Below, one piece after another: positions 10,875 through 21,476 of a DNA stretch of 48,734 bases (the first letter of the stretch is position 1; each line of letters begins with the position of its first letter). A program made the translations under genes and the position numbers. Origin of the DNA: Rhizaria sp. SCN 62-66 (lineage: Eukaryota); assembly GCA_001724265.1 (NCBI GenBank), contig MEDY01000219.1, forward strand, positions 1 through 48,734, in the 5' to 3' direction. The notes under the pieces are model-generated. The model was not told the DNA's origin, made no database searches, and worked only from the letters and a program-made list of their open reading frames with translations.

Positions 10875-12745
10875 TCACTTAGCAGCATTCTTAACGGCGC
10901 TCTTAGCCTCATGCTGCACAAAGAGGTTAATAATCTCATTGTTTCCGACCAGCTCCGCGCACTCGCGCGCAGTCAGGCCCACATCATCGCCCTCGGCAGC
11001 GTTGCCGCTCTTGCTGCGCAACTCGGCCTCGCTGCCAACAACGCCGGCCTTGACCAGGCCGCGCGCAAACGCGCTTCCAGGCGGCATCCGCGGCTCGAAG
11101 TAGCCGCCAGCTGGAGCAGCGCCCTCAGCGCCAGCAGCGTCGTCAGCTGCAGGAGCGCTCTTGTCGTCCTTGTTGCCGGTGTCATCATCGTCGTCGTCGC
11201 TGAAGATGGCGAGCAGCAGCGCGACGGCCTCGGCGCTCTCGCCCCACACGGCGTACATGAGCGCGGTAACGCCGTCAATGTCCGCCGCGGTCACGTCCGC
11301 CCACCAGCCCTTGCTCTCGCCGTCGGTCACCGCGATGTTCCGCTTGGGGAAGCGCTTGAGGGCGGCCGCGACGGCCTCGAGCACGTCCGTGTCGCCCGCG
11401 TCGGCCGCCACATGCAGCACGCCGCGTCCGTGGCGGTCCACGGCGTTGACGGCCCCGCGCAGCGTCGCCGCGGCCGCGCGCTCCGCGGCGGGCTCCGCGC
11501 CGGCCTCGGCCACGGCGGTGGTATAGGCCGCGGCGGCGTCATCGAGGTACGCAGACACGGCCTCGGCGCCAGAGTCGACCAGGTCGGGCGAGTCCACCGT
11601 AGCCGGCTCGTAGAACGGGCAGTGCGACGCGAACGACGATGGCGCAGCAGCAGCAGCAGACTTCGCAGCGGCCTTGGGCTCAGTGGCGTCAGCGTCCTCC
11701 TTGTTGTTGCTCTTGGCGCTCTCGTCAGGCGCGTCGGCGTCCTCGCATCCATTGTTGTCGGCAGCCTCCTTGGGCTTGTTGTCGTCAAAGGCAAAGTCAT
11801 CATCGCAGTTGAACGAGTTGCTGGCAACGGGGCCCATGCGCTTCTTGCCGCCGGCATCGTCGCCGTCATCGCCCTGGCCCTGGCTCTTGCCCTCGCCCTT
11901 CTTGGGGGGCTTGGCGCCAGTGCCATCTGGGTCACTGGAGTATGCAGACGCGCGCGCGGCTTCAAGCGCGCGCGCCTCGGCTTCCGCGGCGGCCAGCACG
12001 TCCTCCTCCTCGGCCTCGGACTCCTCCAGCGCGTTATCAGCGGCGTCGTCGCCGTCCGCGTCGGTGTCGTCGCCCGGCGCGGGCGCGGACGGGTTCTCTT
12101 CCAGATCAGCGGCGGTGGCAGGCCCGCCGAAGCGGCGGCCAAGAAAGCGCACGCGTGCGAGACGCTGCCAGCGCGGGAGCAGCACAGTAAGTGCCTCCAA
12201 ATAGCAACGCTGCGCCTCCTCGCGCGGCATCTCGCGCAGGTTGTTCCACGCGTCCCACATAGCTGCGCGCTCGAAGTTGAACGACGACGGACGCTCGACG
12301 TTGCACTTGCCCACGGTGCCAGCCTTGTACAGCGCGTACAGCTCAAGCAGATCAAGCTCCTCAGCCGTCAGCGGGTGTGCGCGCACGTGAGCTGACGCAG
12401 CGTCGAAGGCAGCAGCGAGCGTCACGTTCTCGCGAGGAGCGCGGGCGCGGCCGCGAGCGGCAGCTGACGAGGGGTCAGACGCGTCGTCAACGGGCTTCTT
12501 CGTCTTCTGGCGAGACGTCTTCATGTAGAAGCACACGCCGCGACGCACAAGAAGGCAAACCGCGCTAACAGCGGCAACGGTGAGAACTGCCGTGCCGAGG
12601 CGGAAGGTCTTTAGATGCAGGATATTGGGGGAGGAAGCGCAATTATCAAGATGACGGTGAGAAGGAGTCAGCGACGGAAAGAGCTATTATAGACGTGGAT
12701 TAATCGTAAAACAGGATGTGTTTAATAGAAACGTACCAAAGACAT
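10875..12745 (-). CDS. Acyl-CoA-binding domain + ankyrin-repeat protein with an N-terminal hydrophobic anchor; exons 12745-12737 and 12608-10875 (~580 aa)
   Basis: ACB domain AFDAASAHVR...LLELYALYKAGTVGKCNVERPSSFNFERAAMWDAWNNLREMPREEAQRCYLEAL. Ankyrin repeats VNAVDRHGRGVLHVAA, DVTAADIDGVTALMYAV and GLTARECAELVGNNEIINLF. A 9-nt first exon ATG TCT TTG|GTACGT splices in phase 0 to ctaaag|ACC TTC CGC, giving MSLTFRLGTAVLTVAAVSAVCLLVRR. Stop TGA. Confidence 0.88.
12609..12736 (-). other. Spliceosomal intron (128 nt), phase 0
   Basis: GTACGT donor and ...ctgcatctaaAG acceptor; AT-richer than the exons; its removal joins an ATG micro-exon in frame to the hydrophobic segment. Confidence 0.8.
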
Positions 12746-13355
12746 GTTTTTAAATCACAAAAAATAGCAGAGAATGCGTTTACTGCTGTTTAAGTCCGTT
12801 ATTTCACGTCAAAAGTCGGTGCTGCGTCAGACTTTTGCCGTGACAGCGACGGCACACAAAACCGTTTGTGGTTAGCTTAATCAAAACAAAGATCTCTCAT
12901 TGTTATCAAAGTCTCTCAGCATAGGGACTTGATATAAGGTTTTCAGAGTGCGGTGATGTAGGAAAATCTTAATATTATTCGTTAGAGTATTATATTAGAA
13001 CCTAATTTTGAATAAAACAAACGATCCCCACGCTGGCTGACGAGCGCCCCAGCAAACGGGTGTTGATTGATGACCGTTACCGAATTCGAAAGTCGAATGC
13101 ATGCCATAATTTCATCGTAGTTTAGTGAGATGACACTTTTCAGCGATTTTCGTTGATTGAAATTATCTGATGCTTTATTTAATCTTTTGTGACTTGCGCT
13201 TTACCCTTACTATGCATCTTTGTAGGACCGAGTCAGTTGTGTCAGTTTCTCTTACTGGTCAGCAATAGTTTCTTCTGCTTTCGAGATCTAATACGGCAGC
13301 ATCGCATCTATTTTGACATTGCTGAGTGATTTACGCTGTTTTTCGAAAGTGAGCA
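12746..13355. promoter_or_regulatory. AT-rich spacer between divergently oriented genes (ACB-ankyrin and kinesin-like); presumed bidirectional promoter region
   Basis: Inferred only from gene orientation and base composition; no specific element was recognised. Confidence 0.4.
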
Positions 13356-16300
13356 ATGTCGTCTCGCCCCACATCAGCGCTTAGGCCATCAGGAGCCCAC
13401 GCTGGCGCCGGAGCCTCGCCTGCTACTCAAGTTTCAGCCCCTGTCTCCTCCGCGATAAGCTGTGCGTCCGTATGCGGGCCCGACGCAGTGTCATACCACC
13501 TGCGTCTGCGTCCTTTCTGCGGGACTGCCGCAGAGGCTGCGATCTCTGCCGTCTCGACATCTTCGAGCAACAACTTTCAACATCTTATCTCGCTCCCTCC
13601 TGTCACTCACAACATGACCAGTGGCTTGCGGCCCACGTCAGCGGTCACGGCCCGCGGTCAACCCGCGTTTGGACCCGTAGCTGCGGAAGCCGTTTAGCTT
13701 GTTTCCCCCGCGCTTGCCGCCGCATTGCCCGCGGCGTCCATCGACGCTGTGGCTCGGATGCGCGTCAGCAGCTGCAGCGACAACGGCGACGACGATGACG
13801 GCGACGGCGACGATGGTTGGCATCTCACAGCACACGCGCCCGCAGCCGCGCATGCTGGCCTCTTTGCTTCGGCCGTGGCGCCTTTGCTTGACGCCACGGT
13901 TGCCGGCCACAGCACCGCGCTGCTGACGTACGCCGTGCCGTAGTCCGCCAGAACTGCGCCACCCGCTCCCGCACCAACCGTATCCACGGCATCAGGAGAC
14001 GTTGAGATCAATCACAGAGGCGAATGTGGTGTGAGCGCAGATGTTACTGTCTCCTCAGAGCACTGCGCATATCCGACGTCGGACGCCACGTACACAGTGC
14101 TTGGCGCACCTCCGCCGCCGCCCGCGTCTTCGCTCCCACCATCACAGTCACAATCGGTGTCGGCGCAATCGGCGGTGGCGTGTTTCCCGCTGCCTGCGCC
14201 TGCGCACACGTCGGCCACGCAGCTGCACTTACAGTCGCAGTCCCAGCAGCCGCAGTTACGGTCACAGTCGTTCGCGTTCTCCTACGAGAAGCACGGCCTG
14301 CTATACGCTGCTGCTGACGCGCTGCTGCGTCTGGCTGCGCTGCGCGTCCCTGCCTCTGTTCCCACTATCGCGACTGCTACTGCTTCTGATGAGAGCAGCA
14401 AGAACAGTGTTGATGTTGGCGCGCGTGTGTTTCTGTCAATTCTTGAAGTGCGCTTCGACAGCAGCAATAACAACAACAACAACAGCACCACTCGTGCTAC
14501 GACGACGTCCAGCAGCAGCCGCACCGCGACTGGCAGTGACGACAGCTCAAGCACTGTTTTCGACGTCACAATGGCTACAATTGCTCCGCACAGCACCTTT
14601 GTTAGTCACAGCAATGACGCCGTCAGAAACAGCAGCAGCAGCAGTGCTGACGGCGCTGTGAACAACGGCGTGCCGCTCGAGTGGGTCCGCGATGGTGCCT
14701 CGCTCTCCTGGTCTCCGTTGACTTCGCACCTGAGCGCCCCCGTGCCGCGCCCGCAATCCGCAAGCTTGCGCCGTCCGCTCTCCGCGAAGTCGGGCGCAAG
14801 CGCAAGCTCGTCCGCCGCGCTGCCTGGCTTCCAGCGCGTCGAGCTGCGGTCGCTCTCACAGGTCGCCAACATTGCTGCGGCCGTGTCGGACCGCCGTCAC
14901 CGCCGCGCCGAGGCAGGGCTTGCTGCTTGCGCGAGCACGATGTTTGTGTTTACTGTTGAGACTGTGGTCGCTGCTGGCAGTCGCATTGCTGCCGTCGATG
15001 TCAAGCCAGGCGCCGTGGTGACCAAGGGCACGTTTACGCTCGTGGAATGCCCTCTGCCCACCAGCAATAACAGCGCTAGTGATGCGAACACTGACGCAGT
15101 GGCTTCGTTTCCTGCGCCACTTGCTGGCGTGCTCACCGTCGCTGCTGCGGTCTCCGCGCTCGCACACAAGCGCCGTGCACTTGCCCGTGCCCCGCACACC
15201 CGCGTCGCCGCCGCCCTTGCACACAGTGAAGCCGCCGTTGCCGCAGCCGCACAGCGCGCAGCTGACGAGGCCGCTGTGGCCACAGTTGCCGCTGCAGCCG
15301 CTGAGGACAACGTGTACGAGAAGATGAGCCGCATGGCGCGCGGGCCCGCGCCGCCGCCTGCAAGCCCGCTGGCGCCCGCCGCGCTGTCAGCGCTGCTGGC
15401 GCCGCCCGCAGCCGCCGTGGCGCAGCTGCACGGCGCGCTGGCTGCCGCGGGCGCGCGCGCAGTGGCCGCAGCGGGGCTGCCGGCGCTGGCGCGGCTGGGC
15501 CGCGACACGCTGCCGACCATCGCCGCGGTCGCTGCCGTGCGCCACGCCGCCGCTGCCGCGCTCGCGGGCGCGACTGAGGCCGCCGCAGTTGCTGCAGCGG
15601 GAGTCTTTGTCTTGCCAACGCCAGCGCACTCGGAGGCGGGCAGCCACAGGGCGGGCGTGGTGGTGGAGAGCGGTTTTGCAGTGCTACCGCGACTGTGTGC
15701 GCTGCTGAAGCGGGCCGAGCGCGCCACTGCGCAGCTTGAGCGACAACTCGCAAGTGCGAACACGCAATCCGATAATGGCAACGACAACAATATTATCAAC
15801 AATAAGCGTTATAATGCCAGCGGTCACAAGGCTGAGGTGATTGACGGCGCGACGCAGCAGTGGTTGCGCGCAATTGTGTTTGCTCGGGCTGCACTGACGG
15901 GCTTTGCACAAGCCAACCGCGCTTTTATCCCAGTTTCTGTGAGTGTTGCGACAGCAGTTGCTGCGAGCATCCGCACGAACGCACATGCTGACGCGAGCAC
16001 TCACCCAAATGTAAGTGATGATGTGTTTGTGGGCAGGGGCAGCCGGAGCGGTGGTTTCTCAGCCTCGCGCTCCTTGTGGGCGTCTGTGCCGAAGTTAGGC
16101 AGGCTGATATCCGCAACCAGTGTAACAGTCAGCAACGACGCAATGGGCCCAAATGGCAATATTGCCAAGTCGGAGCCGCTGTTGACGCCGTTCTCCCCGT
16201 TTGACGCCATGCTCATGCTATCCCGACTTTCGCCCGCCAGCGCGCACGTTAACAGCAGCGGCGTGGACTGTGTGGCGCTGTTGCGGCTGTGGGCTGCTGT

Positions 16301-19300
16301 ACTGCAATCCCCTGCGCTCGCTGCAATTGCCAGCACGCTCACCCTTTATTTCAACAATAACAACAACAACGGCGTTAGCGCCACCCAGATTGATGCAGTT
16401 GCTCACAGTGTCGTTGCGACCGTGGCGGCTGCTTTCCGCGCTGCGCTCTCGCTACTTTTGCGCAGTGGCGACCGTGAGCTGAACGGTGACGGTGAGGACC
16501 TTGATGCGCCTCTGGAGCCCCAGTTTGATGCCGCAAGCCCTGCATGGGCGCTTTCGCTCCTGCGCGCGCATCCGGCGCAGTCGCCCTTCCCATCCGTTGC
16601 ATCGCTGCTGCCCGCCGACGCCGCCTACAACCACAGCCGCAGCGGCGGCAACGGTAGCGACGACACTGCGCACAGCTGCGGTGGCGCAGTGAGCGCGCAG
16701 CGGTTGGCGGTACTGGGGCACGTCACGGCCACGGCGCCGCGCTTTGGCGCGGACTTACGGCCCTGGGCGCGCTTTGACCGCCAGCTAGCTGCTGTGGCAC
16801 CTCTCGCCACGGCGCGTGCCGCCGCCGCTCTTGCGACGACGAGCGCCGCCGCAGCGGGGAGCAGCAGCGGCCCGCTTGTCGCCGTGCTGTTGGGTGCTGC
16901 GCCCGGCGCTGCGGACAGCAATTCCGCTGGCACCGCGGCTGCAAACTCTGGTTCTGCCTCTAACTCTCGGCCTGCCTCTGCGCTGCTGGCTGCGAACGCT
17001 GACGCTAGTGCTGGCGCGGCGCGACCGCTATCAGCAACTGCGTCAGCGGCGGCGTTGGCTCTGCTGAGGGAGAGCTCGGCGCAGTCGCGGGTGCAAAGCG
17101 CTACCGTGCGCACTGCATCAGCGCGCCGCATGGGCTCTGCGCGGCGTGCTGCGGCCGACTCTCGGCCTGGGAGCGCCATTAGGCCTCTCAGCGGCGGTGG
17201 GATTGGCGATTGCTCAGGCGGCGGCATGGTTATCCGTGATATTGCCAGTGACGAAGACGACGAGGGCGACTACTATGAGGACGACGATGAGGTCTACAGC
17301 GTGACTAATGATGCCGAGGCTGCGGTCAACAACGACACTGACCCTCTTGATCTTGCATCATGGCAGCAGCACAACAGTGGCACCATTGGCAGCGTGTCAG
17401 CGTTTGCAGAGGCGCTGATCGACGTGCTGGCGGAGCTGGAGCAGGCCAAGACCGCGCTGAGCGCTGAACGTGGCGCGCGCGCTGCCGCTGAGGACGCTGC
17501 ACGACACGCTAAGTCCGTGCTTGGCCGCCATCTCGGCGTCTTTGGCTCCACGTCTTCGGCTACACCCGCCGTCACAGTTCCCGGGTCCGGCTTGGCGGCA
17601 ATCGGCGAAGATGGCGCGGCAGTGGCGGGCACCGGAGGAGGCGCAATGGGGGCGTACGGCAAGCACAATGTCGCCGCCAACACTGCTAAGGTTGCAGCCG
17701 GACAGAGCACTGCCGCGCGCAGTCGCAGCGGCCGCTTTAGGCCCACGTCCGCGCCGCCCGTCTCCGCTACGTCTGCCACTGCTGCTGGTGCTGCTGCTGC
17801 TGTTGATAAGGAGTCTGAGCGGCTTCTGCCTCGCACTGCCGTGCCGTCGGCCGCCGCAGCCGCTGCCCGCGCAGCCGCGGCCGAGTTTCTCGCGCGCGGC
17901 ACTGTCTCACAGCAGCTTGCACTCGCGCTCACTGGCGGCAGCGCCGCGGCGGCCGCGGCCTCTGACCGGCGCAAGGGTGCCGCGCGCCGCAGCGCGTTCC
18001 CCGGTCGCAATTCTGTTGCCAGCGACGCCAGCGCCGGCGCAGCGGAGGGCGGGCTGTTCGTGTCGCTCATGTCGCCCGACGCGGGGCCCGGCGCGGGCTC
18101 TGCCACGGGCGCGGCGGTGGCTGCGGCCGTGGCCCGCGCGCGCCGCCCCGCGTCTGCCGCGACCGCGCGCATAGGCTCCGCGAACAACGCGACTGCGGCA
18201 GCCGCCGCCGGTGCTGCCTGTGGCGGCGAGCGGATGTTGGGCGAGGCCGAGCGGCATGGCGCGCGCGCTGTGACGCAGGGCGCTTTTACCGTCGGCGCTG
18301 CCACGCAGGTTGTTGCAATCGAGTCTGGGTCCGCGCACGTTGACGCTGATGCTGATGCCGACGCTGATGCCCGCGCTGGCGCTGACGGTGCTGTTGAGGC
18401 GGGCGCAGTGACGGTGGTCGACGCTAGCGGGTTTGCGCTCACGGTCAACGCGCCCGGGGACACGCGGTCCTTCCCGCCGCCGCAGCAGACTGCGACGGTT
18501 GCGGCCACAGCTGCCGCTGCGACAGCGACTGGGTCGGCGACCGCGGCAGCGACGACTGTGGCTGCGGCGAGTGCGGGCGCAACGGCTGCGGCGCTGGCTG
18601 CGGTTGCGGGCAGCGGCAAGGCCGTCTCTGCGGCTGCTTCGGCGCACTTGGCCCTGCAGCTTCAGTCGGCGCTGGCGACCGTTTCCGCGCTGCGCTGCCA
18701 CAACGCGGCGCTGTCTGCGGACCTAACCGCCGCGCGCGCCGCCGCCGCGTCCTCATCGACTGCAGCTGCTGTGTCAGCATCGGCAGCTGCGGGTTCCGAG
18801 GCCCGCGCGCGCGCTGCAACCGCGGCCGCGCGCGCGGCGGGCGAATGGGGCTGCGCGCGCGCGGGCGAGGCCGCCGGGGCGCTGGCGCTGGCACGCGACA
18901 CCGGCGCGGGCGTCGTCGCCTCAGGCTTGGGCGCCGTCGCTGCAGGCGTGGACCGCGACATGCAGCGGCTGCGCGCGGCGACGGCGCGTCTCGACGACGC
19001 GCTGCACAGCACGCGCACCGGGCACGCCCCGCCCCACGGCCGCGGCGCTGCTGAGGACGCCGAAACAGCCTCTCTGCCCTTTGCGGGGGGCCCGTCCGCG
19101 GTGCGCCCGACCGCGGCCGCGACCGCTGCAACGGCGGCAGCCGCTGCGGCGTCCGAGGCCGCACTCCGCGAGGAGCTCGCGACTGCGCGCGCCGCAGCAG
19201 CGTCTGCCTCAGCCGCGGCGGCGTCGCTGGCGGCTGAGCGAGCGGAGCTGCTGCAGTACGCGGCTCAGACAACCGCGCTGCTGGATGCCGTGGACCGTGG

Positions 19301-19937
19301 CGCGTTCCCCGTCACCGAGGCCCACGGCGTGCGCCGCGTGACGGTGCCACGCGCGGCCAAGTTTGCGCTCGCGCTGCCGGCCCCGCTCAAGGCGAGTCTC
19401 GCCGCCGCAGCCGCCACGGCCGCTGCGGCCGTCGCCTCGGTCGCTCCGGGCTCCGGCGCCGCAGAGCAGCAACAGTTCGCGGACGGCGGTGGCGAAAGCG
19501 GGTACGTGGACGCGCTCAGGGGCGAGAACGCGGCGCTGCAGCTCGAGGTGCAGCGGCTGCGGCGGCGCGAGCAGCAGCGTCTGGCGGTACTGCGCGCTGC
19601 CAACTCGGCCGCCGCCGCCGCAGTGCTCACCGCGCAGGAGCCCGGCGTGAACGTTCACGGCGGCGGCAGCAGGAGCAGGCCTGCGACTGCGACAACGCAG
19701 GCGGCGCTGCCTCTTTCCATGGCCCAGACACAAGCTCAAGCTCAGCAGCTGCAGCGGCAGCGGCCCTCGACAGCCCACAGTGGCCACAACCCCAATGCGA
19801 TAACAGCAGGAGCTCCCCAGACCGGGGACGCGGGGGTGCACGGCTTCACGCTGGGCCGCAACCGCGGCGGCGCGGCCTCAGGACGGCCAGTCAGCGCGGG
19901 ACTTGACCGGCCTGTGGTTGCGCTGCCTGGCCGTTAA
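13356..19937 (+). CDS. Degenerate kinesin-motor-like protein with C-terminal coiled coils (~2193 aa when two in-frame TAGs at 13695 and 13941 are read as sense)
   Basis: ORF-track pieces 13356-13697, 13725-13943 and 14031-19937 share one frame and are separated only by TAG. Kinesin-fold landmarks appear in order across the TAGs: YHLRLRP, LFASAVAPLLDATVAGHSTALLTYA, HGLLYAAADALL, VFLSILEV, LPGFQRVELRSLSQV, STMFVFTVET, KGTFTLVEC. Stop TAA 19935-19937. Confidence 0.72.
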
Positions 19938-21003
19938 GTCAGTGATTTAAAGCATGTGTTTTTCGAGTGACAAAGATATTTTTCGGCGGTGACGCGACTT
20001 AAGGGGACTTCTCAAAGAGCTCGCAAGCTGATGGTATGTATTTGAGACATATTCTATTACATTTAAACTTGTACATTTATAATTTTAACTTCATTTGAGT
20101 ATTGATACACAATTTCTTTGATTCTGCGCAGCAGCGTTACGTTACTCTTGCAGCATCCAATGATACTAGTCACCAGAACAAGTTATGTTTGCGCTCACTA
20201 GTAACAATTGAAGGCAAATTGCACATACACTGTTGCAGCACACCCTTCTTATTTAAATTTACTGATGTAGCAAGTCACAACATGAGGTAGGGTCTTCAGT
20301 TACAGTTTCTTCGAGTCGTTTGTAGTTTGTGGTCGAGCAAAGAACTTCGTATCCCAGCGCTGTATAACTTCTGACTGTGCAAAAATACTTATCTATGGTA
20401 AAAAAACAAGTAAGTTCTCGCATGCACCGTTGAGGTGAGCTCCTAAGCCCTTATGCATATTAATATATCATTGAACGAACGAAAATCATCTGTTGAAGCG
20501 GCTACGGGGTCGGCGACGTGCGATGGCAGACTGAGGCTAATTTTTCGAATTATCTCAATCTATAAACGTTCCTTCCGCATGCAGTTTACTGTTCATTTAC
20601 AATACTGATTATAGTATTTGGTGCTGTAATTACGTTGCTACTGACGTTTAAATCCTTTAGTTATCGTCATTTTGAATTGTTGTTCTTGGCACGATTCGGA
20701 CACTGCATCGTCCTCCTTGTTGACCTATCTTTGCACGCTACTAAATCTGGCATTTTCTCACTGCAAGGACTAATATTTACTGCACGTTAATTTTTCTTTT
20801 TGCACCCGGTCGCGTTATTGCACTTCTGCTTCAGAGCGTGCACTACGCATCTTTTATCTTATCATCGGCCTTCGCCCGCGCCTTCCTCGCAACTCTTGTC
20901 AGACTGACTGAGGACCGAGCCCTTCTCTGTTTGCTCCCGCACGCGTGCGCCCCCGTCTCCGCAACCGTTTCGCTTGTTTGCGACGCGCCTGCCCGCTCCG
21001 CCG

Positions 21004-21445
21004 ATGCAGCACGGCCTCGGTGACATCCCCGTCACGCTCCGCTTCCCCGCGTCCACACAGGCGCCAACTCCTCGACACCAGCAGCGCCCGCAGCAGTCGC
21101 AGTCTCAGCCCCAGTCTGCGGCCGCGCGCAGCGATGCGGTCGACGCCTCTGTGGACCTGTTCGGCGAGTCCGAGCTCGTTCCGCTGCCGCCGCCATCACC
21201 TGCCCGCGCGTCCTCGTCCTCCTCGGCTACTGCAGCCTCTGCTGCAAGTGCTGCAGTGAACACAACGAGTTCCTCGAGCGCGAGCGCGAGCGCGAGCGCG
21301 GGCGCGGGCGCGGGGCTGGGCATGAGCGTGGGCGCGACGGCGACGGCGATGACGCACACGCGCCCGTTCGCGTACCACATCCCTGGCCCGCTGCCCGCCG
21401 AGATCGCGCTTCGCGACTACCCCCGTTCTTTCAATAGCTACACTA

Positions 21446-21476
<31 letters not shown>

